Counted from the stretch's first letter, positions 1-9,334 are shown. The stretch: 64,000 nt of DNA from Candidatus Cloacimonadales bacterium (GCA_963674825.1 OY771587.1:832001-896000); one strand, 5' to 3'. Program-made: numbers and translations. The notes: generated from the letters alone by a model not told the origin.

Positions 1-77
1 GCAGATATACTCGTTACACTCAACAACATGGCCAACGCCATGACACTCCACAATATAGAAAGCTTCCTGTTTTTCAT
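1..77 (-). CDS. N-terminus of a secreted protein (partial, runs off the left edge)
   Basis: Not in the ORF track. ATG at 77 reads MKNRKLSILWSVMALAMLLSVTSIS..., a basic N-region followed by a hydrophobic signal peptide; G-rich SD (AGGGGGG) just upstream. Confidence 0.7.
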   Translation of the reverse strand, partial: MKNRKLSILWSVMALAMLLSVTSIS

Positions 78-859
78 TATACGTCCCCCCTGTTTATGTG
101 TATTTCTAACACATGACCCGCACCCAATAATTGGGATACGATTTGATGGATTGAGAAAATGCGTTGGCTTGCCTGTTTCTTTTCTTCGAATCTATTTATA
201 TTTAGCTTCGATGTGAGTTTGATACCCATATGCTTAAGTGAGTATGATTTACGATTCAGTTTATGGCGTGGATATTGATTATTTAGTCCGATATGGCGAA
301 AAACGTGGTTTTGTAAAAGTGTTAGGTGCAAGACCGATAAGATATCTAACGGATCACCCCTCTTCTTCACAGGCTGGATTCCATGACGCGCAAGACTCCC
401 TCAAGACATTTCCCCAGAGCCAAGACAATGGTCACCAACACTTCGATAAGTGCATGGGTCGAATATCCTCTGATGAGGTTCAACAAGGTCTCGCGTTTGC
501 GGAGCTACTCCACCCTACAGGTTTGCAGTATGCGACTTCCAAGGCAAGAGTCAATCGAGAAACAGATATTCCCATCCCATCCTCCAAGGACATCATCGAT
601 TATCCCAAAATCCATGTCCAAGATTTTAGCAGCACCACAAATCGAACTCGACTTGAGTTTATCTGAGATTTATACCACTGCTTCGTCAAGATCATTTTCT
701 CCTTTCAATTCATTTTTGCATCAAGGGTGTTTGAAAGCCTGTTTATTCGATGCGCCATTTGCTGATCTATAGCTTGATGAATTTCGGAAAAGCCGCTCTT
801 ATCTGTTTTATATCAATGAAGTTACGACCAAAGCAAGTTACGGTGCGGGTCCATGCTAC

Positions 860-1290
860 GCACTCACCGTTGTTTGAAAGTGATCAGAGAAATTTGGAGA
901 ACCATGGTCCATGCGCAATGCCAATCCCATGTCCACAGCTTCACCAGGACTCAGAAATAACGTTCAATGCCCTGTGATATTGGTTCCAGGACGGCGAATC
1001 GATCTCGCTTTTAGTAAGATGCCAGCACCCCTTCCGCATTCCAGTGTTCCACAGCAATATATAGTCACGCCCATCCGTCTTCAAGGTTGAAAATGAGTAC
1101 ACCGTCCGTGCCCCACATGGTGTCCGGTATATCCGTGATAATCGACTTCGTCTGTTTGTAAGGTGATCGGAGATTGACAAAAGAAGTACAACGAAAATCG
1201 ACCTCGTAGCGTACTGGGCCACCGGCCACCGTTCGAGTTCAATCATATGCTTGACCAAAATTTCGATAGCAGGTCTGTCACTTAGAATGT
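860..1290 (-). pseudogene. Degraded IS3-family (rve/DDE integrase core) transposase remnant
   Basis: Manual translation across frameshifts: IITDIPDTMWGTDGVLIFNLEDGWA*LYIAVEHWNAE / GCWHLTK / RDRFAVLEPISQGI / GLALRMDHGSPNFSDHFQ. The first two catalytic Asp motifs (WGTD, MDHGS) are visible; internal TGA at 1065-1067; ends approximate. Confidence 0.8.
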
Positions 1291-1320
1291 GGTATATCTT
1301 ATGGGGGAAGGTCACCATCA

Positions 1321-1351
1321 GCCGGCAACGGGGGGTGATCCCGCTACCGAC
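1321..1351 (-). terminator. 12-bp GC-rich hairpin after the LamG gene (terminator or mRNA-stabilising stem)
   Basis: GTCGGTAGCGGG-loop-CCCGTTGCCGGC about 22 nt after the stop at 1374; no clear U-tract. Confidence 0.5.
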
Positions 1352-1373
1352 TGCTTGCTTCTAAAATATCCCG

Positions 1374-4300
1374 TTACGGTTTTATGGCTTTTACATAAAA
1401 GAATCGGGAGGTACTATCAAGCGTTGTATTCCAGGTACAACGCTGTCGGATGGTGGTTCTGCAATAGCCATCACATGTACTGGCAGTATTTACGGGCTGC
1501 ATTTGTGGCTGGTCGGCTAACTCCCTGCTTAATATTTGTTGCCTGGCAAGGCTTTGCCCGTTACTAAAATAGCCGGTTTCACTGACATTTACAAACTCAT
1601 CGTCGAGCGAGGTTGCGCCATACACCTGGTAGAAGGTAGCTCCTGCAACCTCGTCCCAGCTAATCTGCAAGCTGTCATTCCAAACATACACACAAATATT
1701 TTGTGGTGTGTCTATCTGCTGTATCCAGCGTGCCATTAAAAATTGTCCCTCTTGGGATATGTTCCCAAAAGTAGCAGACTCATCTCCTGCATCAACTTCA
1801 GTAGCTGAACACAGGTACACCCAGGTAGAATCTGCATTACAGGCTCTGGTAAACAAAGCAATGCGGCTGGGGTCTTGCTCGTCTTCTTCAGTTAGTACAG
1901 TTGCATAGGTTAATGTTAAATCAGCCTCAAACCCGTTTGTGGGGCCGTAACGGTCAAAAATCCAGTACTCGTTTCCAAACACTGTGTCCGGTTCATCAGT
2001 ATCCTGGTTAGGAGCAACGTGCAGGAGAGTAAAGGCGCAGGTTCCACCAGGAGTAGAATGAATTGTAAGATACGCGTCTGTATCAGGAAAATTGATCCCG
2101 GCTTCTACTTCTTGTCGAACAAAGCTGTTGCCATACCCGGCCGGGATAGTTGATGGAACACGGTTTGCGCTACCAGTCTCCTTCACTTGACCATCGATAC
2201 CGCTGATAGGCTCAATAACCATATCACCATCATGGTTAAACTGCCAGTTGGCCACAAGGCCATCAACATTGCTAGTGTAAATACGGTGGCGCTGCGCTTG
2301 AATCTGATCTTGGCTAAGGCAGATGTTCCAGTACCTAACCTCATCCATTTGCCCCGGAAAGTAACTGCCGTAGTAATCAGACGAACCGAACATCAGATTG
2401 CGCTCGCCCCAGTTAGGGCTGACTGTTAGGTCAGTAGTGCCCTGAATCTCTCCGTTTATGTACAAACTCATTTGGTTGGCCGCGCTATTATACGTAAACG
2501 CGACATAATACCATTGGCCTACATTCCAGTCAGCCCCACCAGGTACTGAAAACCAACCGGAATTGGTACCAATAACAGCTGTTATGCCGTTACCGGGAGT
2601 GTATTGCAGCACATAACCACCCCTTTTCGAGCCACCAGCGTTAAAGTGAGTAGAAATCAGGAATCTGTTGTTTGTAGGTAGTTCATCCAACTTAGCCCAA
2701 CACTCATAGCTAAAATCACCCTGGGGGGGACCAATCAAATCATTCGAGATAAGTACAGTTTGGTCAATGCTGTTGAACTCTAAAGCTGTACCCGGATCCT
2801 GGTCAATATAGTAAGCACCTCCATTGATGCTAACCGTGTAAGGTGCGCATCCGTTTGTACTTATTATAAGATCACCCTCGAGCTCGCCTTCCACCTCTAA
2901 TAGTGCTTTTAAGTACAAATCCACGCAGTAATTAGATTGGGTATTGCTAAAAGTAAGGGTTTGGGCGAAGGGGCCATCTGGGTTCGTCGATGCCATAACT
3001 CCAGTAGGGCAGGTTATACTAACGTCGGCACTGGTTTGGGTAAATCCCAACAGGTATTTTTTAACCCTTGGTTGGCCCACCTGCATGGATCTAAAATCAA
3101 CCGAATGTAGGTTGGGCATGGTGAACAGGTTTAAGGTTCCATCAACGTAACCAACCAGAATTTCTTTCAGGCCGTCGCCATCCAGGTCACATATACAAGG
3201 GTTGCTGTAAGGGTGGCAATAGCTAATCATGTCATATCCCATATATGTGAAGTCTAGGCTATGGTACGAGCTTTGCTCCCAATGTTCTATATGTCCGTTC
3301 ATAGTACCGACAACCAGATCATACAGGCCATCATTATCAAGGTCACCTATTGCTGGTTTTAAGTGGTCGAAAATTGAGGATAAATCATGTGATGAATGTG
3401 GAAAAAAACTGGGGGATGCCAATGCATTTTGCCGAAAGTAAAGTAGTTGGTTGTTGTTTGTACCTAAAAACATATCCCAGTAATCATCATCGTTGATATC
3501 TGCCGCGCAGATATGCGGTTCTGTATAATTAACGTAGCCTGTTATAAGGTCGCTTAACTGGATAGTGTCTAGCCCCACTGTTTGTTCCCAGCGTTTGATA
3601 CCGTCTTCAGATGTGGAAAACAAAAGCTCCGGATGATTGTTGTTATTGAAATCCATCGTAGCCAGGTCGTTGCACTGTGAGTAGTTTATATTATTGAACT
3701 CGCTAGTAACGAAATCAAACCGCATTGAGCCGAATGAACGTTGTTCATACATGTTTATACACCCACTGCTGGCACCGATGAACAGTTCTAACAAACCGTC
3801 GTGATTAAAATCAATAACAACGGGCGAGGCATAACTCCCGCTTACGTCAATTCCGCAGAAGTTCTGTTGTGCCAGGCTGAACTCCTGACCGTCAGCCAGT
3901 TTAATCGTGGCAGGAACGGTGTTTGCCTGTAGAGCTACCTGCACTGTTTCCTCGTCCGGATCGTCTGAGGTGATTATTATTTGCTCATTATAGGTGGTAT
4001 AATCGGATACTGTCAAAGTAACATGTATCTCACAACTGTCTTGTGCGGCAATAGAGCATTGGGTAGGTTGTATAACAAAATCAGAGTTCGATACGCTGAT
4101 TTCGCTTACAACAAGCAGATGCGGTCCCTGGTTGCGGATATAAATTGTCTGGTTGTAAGTGTTGTTCAAATACACTTCCCCAAAATCCAGGCTGCTCTGT
4201 ACGTCAATATCCTGCGGAATTGCCCTGGCAATAATGAACTGGCCTCCAGCCGGCAGATCATTAAAAGTTATATGGCTCAAATCTTCATCAACAGAACTTG

Positions 4301-5420
4301 CTGCACTTAAAAACTCCCATTCTCCATTGGATAACGTATCTCTGTGATACAACCAGATTAATTCAGGGTGGGAATGATCAATCTGGGTTAGTTGTTCAGT
4401 TGGGTAAAAAACTATGTCATAAACTGCGTTCACATTTCCAAAAGGCTCAGTTATCCAGTAATTGCTGTCAAACAGTATAATTTCGCCCTGCGGTTCTACG
4501 TTGGGCGCACCATCCATTTTGTATACTACAATGCTGCTACCCTGTACCGATTGGAATGTCATATCTATCCCTTCTAACACTAAATTACCGTTATTGCTGT
4601 TGTATGTATCAGACACGCCTTCACCGAAAATAATGTCGGAGGTTACCCATTCATTAACATTGCCATTAAACATTGTAGCGGGGTAACCATTAACCTCATC
4701 ATAACTCCAGTTACTTGTATTCTCATCAAACTTCCAGTAACATTCCAAGTACGCTTCTGTGCTGGAAACAGGAATAAACCTGTTTTCCCTGATCTGGTCT
4801 GTAGTGCGAACACTGCTCCAATACCGCACTTCGTCAACTACACCAGGCCAGAAGTTGCCATAGTGCCTTGATCCTCCAATCACAAATTGTTCATCGCAAA
4901 ATTGCACACTTGGAGCATACTTAGTATCAACTTTATTGCCGTTGTCCCATAACTCTATTCGCCTGTTTGAAGCCAGAAATGTCATTACTACATGATGCCA
5001 TTCGTTTAATTCCCAAGTAGTTCCCTCTGTAATAGTCCAACCAGAACCTTTACCTATTCCGGCTGTTATTCCAAGTTCGGGGTTGTACTCAATAAAGTAG
5101 CCACTTCTGAGTCCCTCGAAAAACGTGTGCTTGGAAATTATATCAGCATTACCGCTTGGGTAAGCAGTAAGTTTGGCCCAAACTTCAATGGTGAAGTTAT
5201 CAGCCGGGTTGCCAATATCATCGTGAAAAACATACATGTACTGGTTCGTACCGTTAAAGTGCAGGGCATAACCTGCGTTTCGCTGGGCTGGGCGTTGGAT
5301 GATCTGGCTGGTAATGCCATCTATAGCATCAGCGTGTTTCGGTAGAGAATTAGCCCATAAGGCGGGTACCAGGGTTACCCCAAACAGGGCAATAACTAAA
5401 AATATTATGACAAATCTCAT
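1374..5420 (-). CDS. Large secreted protein with two LamG-like jellyroll modules, an ASH/Ig-like domain, FG-GAP/VCBS repeats and a C-terminal FN3-like tail
   Basis: 1348 aa; signal peptide; LamG motifs (FTIEVWAK...WHHVVMTF...GVVDEVRYW and FSYECWAK...WYYVAFTY...GQMDEVRYW); repeats DFNHDGLLEL, DINDDDYWDM, DLDNDGLYDL, DLDGDGLKEI; LDFGEVY...ITSDDPDE domain. Confidence 0.9.
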   Translation of the reverse strand: MRFVIIFLVIALFGVTLVPALWANSLPKHADAIDGITSQIIQRPAQRNAGYALHFNGTNQYMYVFHDDIGNPADNFTIEVWAKLTAYPSGNADIISKHTFFEGLRSGYFIEYNPELGITAGIGKGSGWTITEGTTWELNEWHHVVMTFLASNRRIELWDNGNKVDTKYAPSVQFCDEQFVIGGSRHYGNFWPGVVDEVRYWSSVRTTDQIRENRFIPVSSTEAYLECYWKFDENTSNWSYDEVNGYPATMFNGNVNEWVTSDIIFGEGVSDTYNSNNGNLVLEGIDMTFQSVQGSSIVVYKMDGAPNVEPQGEIILFDSNYWITEPFGNVNAVYDIVFYPTEQLTQIDHSHPELIWLYHRDTLSNGEWEFLSAASSVDEDLSHITFNDLPAGGQFIIARAIPQDIDVQSSLDFGEVYLNNTYNQTIYIRNQGPHLLVVSEISVSNSDFVIQPTQCSIAAQDSCEIHVTLTVSDYTTYNEQIIITSDDPDEETVQVALQANTVPATIKLADGQEFSLAQQNFCGIDVSGSYASPVVIDFNHDGLLELFIGASSGCINMYEQRSFGSMRFDFVTSEFNNINYSQCNDLATMDFNNNNHPELLFSTSEDGIKRWEQTVGLDTIQLSDLITGYVNYTEPHICAADINDDDYWDMFLGTNNNQLLYFRQNALASPSFFPHSSHDLSSIFDHLKPAIGDLDNDGLYDLVVGTMNGHIEHWEQSSYHSLDFTYMGYDMISYCHPYSNPCICDLDGDGLKEILVGYVDGTLNLFTMPNLHSVDFRSMQVGQPRVKKYLLGFTQTSADVSITCPTGVMASTNPDGPFAQTLTFSNTQSNYCVDLYLKALLEVEGELEGDLIISTNGCAPYTVSINGGAYYIDQDPGTALEFNSIDQTVLISNDLIGPPQGDFSYECWAKLDELPTNNRFLISTHFNAGGSKRGGYVLQYTPGNGITAVIGTNSGWFSVPGGADWNVGQWYYVAFTYNSAANQMSLYINGEIQGTTDLTVSPNWGERNLMFGSSDYYGSYFPGQMDEVRYWNICLSQDQIQAQRHRIYTSNVDGLVANWQFNHDGDMVIEPISGIDGQVKETGSANRVPSTIPAGYGNSFVRQEVEAGINFPDTDAYLTIHSTPGGTCAFTLLHVAPNQDTDEPDTVFGNEYWIFDRYGPTNGFEADLTLTYATVLTEEDEQDPSRIALFTRACNADSTWVYLCSATEVDAGDESATFGNISQEGQFLMARWIQQIDTPQNICVYVWNDSLQISWDEVAGATFYQVYGATSLDDEFVNVSETGYFSNGQSLARQQILSRELADQPQMQPVNTASTCDGYCRTTIRQRCTWNTTLDSTSRFFYVKAIKP

Positions 5421-5707
5421 CTCTTCATCTCCTTGTATGCTTGTTCTTTTACCGCTTTTACAGCAGCTAGTATCTCTTTCCCGCTTTGCTGCGATACAAA
5501 TAGGAATTTTGTTTGAATGTTTGACGGATTTAGTTGTGCTATCTGGTCTGGATTGTTAGTTATAACCACTTGAGGATGGTAGTCTCTAATAATCAATTGC
5601 CCCTCCGTTAGGCTGTAGCCAAAAAATAGGCTTATACGCTCCACTTCTTGCAGAATCTTTACTAATGATTCCAGATTTGATCCAACCTTGTACAATAAAA
5701 CGTTCAT
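5417..5707 (-). CDS. Small degenerate receiver (CheY-like) domain protein
   Basis: 96 aa; GGAGG SD; ATGA overlap with the LamG gene; pattern NVLLY...IIRDYHPQVVITN with the phospho-Asp position replaced. Confidence 0.6.
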   Translation of the reverse strand: MNVLLYKVGSNLESLVKILQEVERISLFFGYSLTEGQLIIRDYHPQVVITNNPDQIAQLNPSNIQTKFLFVSQQSGKEILAAVKAVKEQAYKEMKR

Positions 5708-5729
5708 ATTCACTCCTCCAGTTTACTAT

Positions 5730-5745
5730 AGCTGCAAGAGTGCCA
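5730..5745 (-). promoter_or_regulatory. Putative sigma54 (-24/-12) promoter
   Basis: TGGCAC-TCTTG-CAGCT with GG-N10-GC spacing, just upstream of the SD; adjacent to a sigma54 activator gene; IHF-like CAA-N4-TTA at 5767-5776. Confidence 0.65.
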
Positions 5746-5830
5746 GTCACGTATTTATATAAATGGCAATGAGTTACGTACAGAGCATGAACAGAGGGGC
5801 GGAAACCGGGTACAAGATAGGTGAAATATT

Positions 5831-5969
5831 GTCCATAAATGGACTTTTTTACTTGATAGACACAAGTCCTGAAAAGGACCTGCCTGATCTATACATGGGC
5901 TAAAGGGTTTCGAATAGTGTAGTTATCATAAAAAGGACTGGTTCCAAGAAGCAATGTCCAATTCCGGAC
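5831..5969. promoter_or_regulatory. Three GTCC-N6-GGAC palindromes, candidate enhancer (UAS) sites
   Basis: gtccATAAATggac 5831-5844, gtccTGAAAAggac 5866-5879, gtccAATTCCggac 5956-5969. Confidence 0.65.
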
Positions 5970-5970
5970 G

Positions 5971-8202
5971 CTAAATTTTGGTAATGCCATACTTGCTCAT
6001 GCGCCTGGACAAGGCTCGGCGTTCTATCTGTAGTAGTTCTGCCGCATCAGATATGTGGTTATTAGTGGCCTGCAAGGCTCGTACAATAGCTTTTTTCTCC
6101 ATCTCGTGCAAGGGTACAATACCAGCCACGGGAATGTCCATTTGTTGACATCCCGGTATCAAAAAATGCCCGGGCTTTAGGGTGGAAGACTGGGCAACTA
6201 TCACCGCGCGTTCCACCAGGTTTTTTAGCTCACGCACGTTTCCGGGGTAGTTGTATTGCCTAAGAGCGGTTATAACAGCAGGGTCAATACGGGTGATCCG
6301 CTTGTTTAGCTGAGCGCTGAACATCTTCACAAAGTGCTTTAGCAGCACTGGGATGTCGTCCAGGCGCTCGCGCAGGGGTGGGATCTGGATAACAAAGGTG
6401 GATATCCTGTGGTAAAGATCTTCCCTGAATTGCCCCTTTTGCACCTGATTATTCAAGTTTAAATTGGTAGCACTTACCAGACGAGCGCTTACAGGTATCT
6501 CCTTATGAGAGCCCAGGCGCACTATCTTCCGCTCTTCCAGCACCCGCAGCAATTTAACCTGATGATCAAGTGGCATAGAGCCAATCTCATCCAGGAACAG
6601 AGTGCCTTGGTTGGCTATCTCAAACCAGCCGATGTGTTGTTGGTCGGCATTGGTAAAAGCATTTTTTTCGTATCCAAAAAACTCACTTTCAAACAGACTT
6701 TCAGGGATAGCCGCGGTGTTAACCCCGAAGAAATTGTGCTTGCTGCGGTTACTTAAGTTGTGAATCTGCCGGGCTACAATCTCTTTGCCGGTACCGCTTT
6801 CACCAATAATAAGTACGTTCGTACTGTCGCTTTGGGCCACAATGGCAATTAAATGCATAATGTTTGTTATAGCCTGGCTTTGGCCTATCAGGTCTCTCCC
6901 AATTTTACGATGCAGCTCCGTGTCTATGGTTTCGTACTTGATCTCGCTGGCTCTGAGTTTATCCAAGGCGGCGGAAAGCTCATTCTTCTGTTGTTCAATC
7001 AGGGCATTTTGTGTTTCCAGTACCTGAGCTTTCTGGCGGAAAAATTCTGCCTCCTTCTGCTTTTGCTCTACCTCGTAACGAGCCTGTAGTTCCGCCAGTT
7101 GCTTTTGGCTTTGCTGGTTCCACAGCTGCTTTTCGGCTTCCAGCACCTTTTTCCAGTAATCATTAGTCTTTTTGTAACGGTGTAAGCGTTCATAAATTTT
7201 AGCCAAGTGCTTATAACATCCAGGCAGGTTAGCCAGGTTTTCGTTTTGCCGGGCCAGTTTCTCGCTATCGATGGCATATTCCAAGGCTTTAGACAGGTCA
7301 CCAGAGTCTTGCTCCAAATCGCTTAGGCTTAGCAAACACCTAACAATGCCGTCCAAAGATCCCTGTCGGCGTTGCTGCTCCAGAGCGAGGGTCAGGTGCT
7401 CTCTGCTAAGGGAATGCTGTTGCAGATGTTTATAAGCCAGGCCAATGTTAAGCATCATGTTGGCTTCCACGTATTTGTTATTATGGGCCAAAGCTAGTGC
7501 CAAGGCCTGCTGGTAATAGTCCAAAGCCTGCTGATATTGTTCTTGATTCGAACTAATACTGCCCAGGTTGGCCAAAGCGGAAGCAATGGTAGAGGTGTTG
7601 TTTACTTGTCGGCCAAGCTCAAGGGCCCGGGAGGTAAACTCAGCAGCCTGCTCATAGTTCTTAAGGCTGAAATAAAGCATACCAATATTAAGCGTTGCGG
7701 TTGACAGGGCAGATACATCACCACCGGTCTGCAGTATCTTAAGAGCGGCTAGAAGGTCGTTTAATGCCCCGGGGTAATCTCCCATCTGCTGGCGAGCCAT
7801 ACCCATCATGTTCCTAAGGCTGGCATAGGCAACCGAATCGGTTTTATCCGTGTAAGCCTGTCCGGCATCTTCATAAAAAACCAGGGCTGTAGTGTATTGC
7901 CCCAGCCAGAAGTGGGATAAGCCCAGATAGGTCTTCTCTCTTGTAACTTCTTCTTCGTTTTTCTGCAACAGGTGCAGTTCCAGGGCTTTTTGCAGGTAGT
8001 CAATAGCCAGCTTATACTGATTCAGCTGCAAGTGGCACAAGCCGATTTTATTGTTGCAACTGGCAATTTTGACCGGATCGTTTTGCTGCTGAGCCAAATC
8101 TAATGCCTTTGTAAAAGACTCCAAAGCCTGGCTGACTTTACCCTGCCTAAATGTATCTACAGCCTCACTAATTATTGTAGCAAGATCTTCAGATTGTTGC
8201 AT
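5971..8202 (-). CDS. TPR-repeat sigma54-dependent transcriptional activator (bEBP: TPR-AAA+-Fis HTH)
   Basis: N-terminal TPR array; Walker A GESGTGKE; ESEFFG..NAFTNA; Walker B TLFLDEIG; FREDLYHR; YPGNVREL; C-terminal HTH; start placed at ATG 8202 (SD GGGGAG). Confidence 0.92.
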   Translation of the reverse strand: MQQSEDLATIISEAVDTFRQGKVSQALESFTKALDLAQQQNDPVKIASCNNKIGLCHLQLNQYKLAIDYLQKALELHLLQKNEEEVTREKTYLGLSHFWLGQYTTALVFYEDAGQAYTDKTDSVAYASLRNMMGMARQQMGDYPGALNDLLAALKILQTGGDVSALSTATLNIGMLYFSLKNYEQAAEFTSRALELGRQVNNTSTIASALANLGSISSNQEQYQQALDYYQQALALALAHNNKYVEANMMLNIGLAYKHLQQHSLSREHLTLALEQQRRQGSLDGIVRCLLSLSDLEQDSGDLSKALEYAIDSEKLARQNENLANLPGCYKHLAKIYERLHRYKKTNDYWKKVLEAEKQLWNQQSQKQLAELQARYEVEQKQKEAEFFRQKAQVLETQNALIEQQKNELSAALDKLRASEIKYETIDTELHRKIGRDLIGQSQAITNIMHLIAIVAQSDSTNVLIIGESGTGKEIVARQIHNLSNRSKHNFFGVNTAAIPESLFESEFFGYEKNAFTNADQQHIGWFEIANQGTLFLDEIGSMPLDHQVKLLRVLEERKIVRLGSHKEIPVSARLVSATNLNLNNQVQKGQFREDLYHRISTFVIQIPPLRERLDDIPVLLKHFVKMFSAQLNKRITRIDPAVITALRQYNYPGNVRELKNLVERAVIVAQSSTLKPGHFLIPGCQQMDIPVAGIVPLHEMEKKAIVRALQATNNHISDAAELLQIERRALSRRMSKYGITKI

Positions 8203-8512
8203 ATCTCCCCTGTCTAATGCGTTTAGAAAATTGAGGCATTGAAATTGGAAACGGCCCGAGACCATTTCTTGAATCTGAGTCTAAATATATTAGAAAGGAT
8301 AAACCATTGTAGGCAGTTGGTACAAAATAATGATTTCCTCCAAAAACTGCTTCGCGGGGTGAGGCATCAAGGCTAAGGAAAGTGCCTGACTCTAATAACC
8401 ATTCAGAAAAATGGTTTGAGAAGAAACCCCTTTCTAACTCAGAAATTCGAATCTTACCGGCTTCTTCATTAATCTTTCTCTCCTCAACAGACCAAACATG
8501 TTCCGAATTCAT
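8189..8512 (-). CDS. Hypothetical protein (possible gene fragment)
   Basis: 107-aa AT-rich ORF overlapping the bEBP start; same frame as 8525-8806. Confidence 0.4.
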   Translation of the reverse strand: MNSEHVWSVEERKINEEAGKIRISELERGFFSNHFSEWLLESGTFLSLDASPREAVFGGNHYFVPTAYNGLSFLIYLDSDSRNGLGPFPISMPQFSKRIRQGRYATI

Positions 8513-8524
8513 ATGAATACCCTA

Positions 8525-8806
8525 TCAGTTACACAATTCAAAGCTTTTATAGAATATTATCGATTCGGCATACCTTTTCTTTTCAAGGATCAGGTAATTA
8601 CTCTTACCCATAACTTGATTCCATGACCTTTGATTCACAAGCCAACATCCATATTCAAACTGATCATTATCATCATTGATTGCGCAAAGGGATCTCTTAA
8701 AACCCTGATCAATACCTTTTCTCCTGTCTACTGTTCTACGATTCAAGTCGGTAATACTCACGATATCATGAACAAGGTCGTTATACCTCTTCAATGTCAA
8801 GTCCAT
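8525..8806 (-). CDS. Hypothetical protein (possible gene fragment)
   Basis: 93-aa AT-rich ORF, no recognised motif. Confidence 0.4.
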   Translation of the reverse strand: MDLTLKRYNDLVHDIVSITDLNRRTVDRRKGIDQGFKRSLCAINDDNDQFEYGCWLVNQRSWNQVMGKSNYLILEKKRYAESIIFYKSFELCN

Positions 8807-9066
8807 TTTTCTTTAGCGTAGATGATCTCCCCAGATTTGAAAAACCGAGCCGGACGTACCTCAATACGAAGGTGTTGAGCAGTGTGCGAGCGATGTTAAG
8901 TGAAGAGAACAGCAAGGTTCTGAAGTTCATGCCGGATTAGCGCTGTCAGCGTTTTGCATAGTAAACGGCTTTGTGTGGCTCGCGAAGCGACCGCCAGGCG
9001 ACTATGTTTGCGTTGATATCGATCTGAAGACAGGGAGGATTCTGAACGGGGACGCCACCAAACAGG

Positions 9067-9240
9067 CTATAGCCGAATTAATGAACGACGTGGAGAAAGC
9101 CTCGTAGGGCTTGTGGTGATAATCATGCGGCGCACGGTTCTCTCAACCCTGCCCAACAGCTTCGCCACTCCAACGAGACTCAGCCAGATTTCGCCCTTCT
9201 TAGCGTGCATATAATACCCGGTCGGGTACCAGGACATTTT
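9067..9240 (-). pseudogene. Truncated helix-turn-helix fragment (excisionase/Mu-transposase N-terminus-like)
   Basis: WLSLVGVAKLLGRVERTVRRMI resembles HTH_17/Mu DNA-binding N-termini, then loses protein-like character. Confidence 0.45.
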
Positions 9241-9334
9241 CAGCGAGCACTTGGACATCGTAATCCAATTTGCAGAATTGGTATCTCGTTGCAGCCATAG
9301 TGCAATGCATGTTCATTGAAATATTTGCCGTGTG

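Noticed and set aside
238..977. Plus-strand ORFs 238-666, 383-772 and 750-977
   Set aside because: Mutually overlapping, no recognisable motif or convincing SD; the region is better explained as decayed mobile DNA plus the upstream region of the gene starting at 77
941..1318. 125-aa minus-strand ORF as an intact gene
   Set aside because: Mostly an off-frame read of the frameshifted IS3 transposase remnant
8203..8265. ORF-track start of the bEBP at 8265 (also upstream starts given for flgB, ridA, rpe, rpsR and the SLBB gene)
   Set aside because: Downstream start codons have clear SD sequences and match family N-termini
8513..8527. Stop-codon readthrough or selenocysteine joining ORFs 8525-8806 and 8189-8512
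   Set aside because: Two consecutive stops (TGA TAG) and no SECIS-like hairpin; other genes in the window use the standard code
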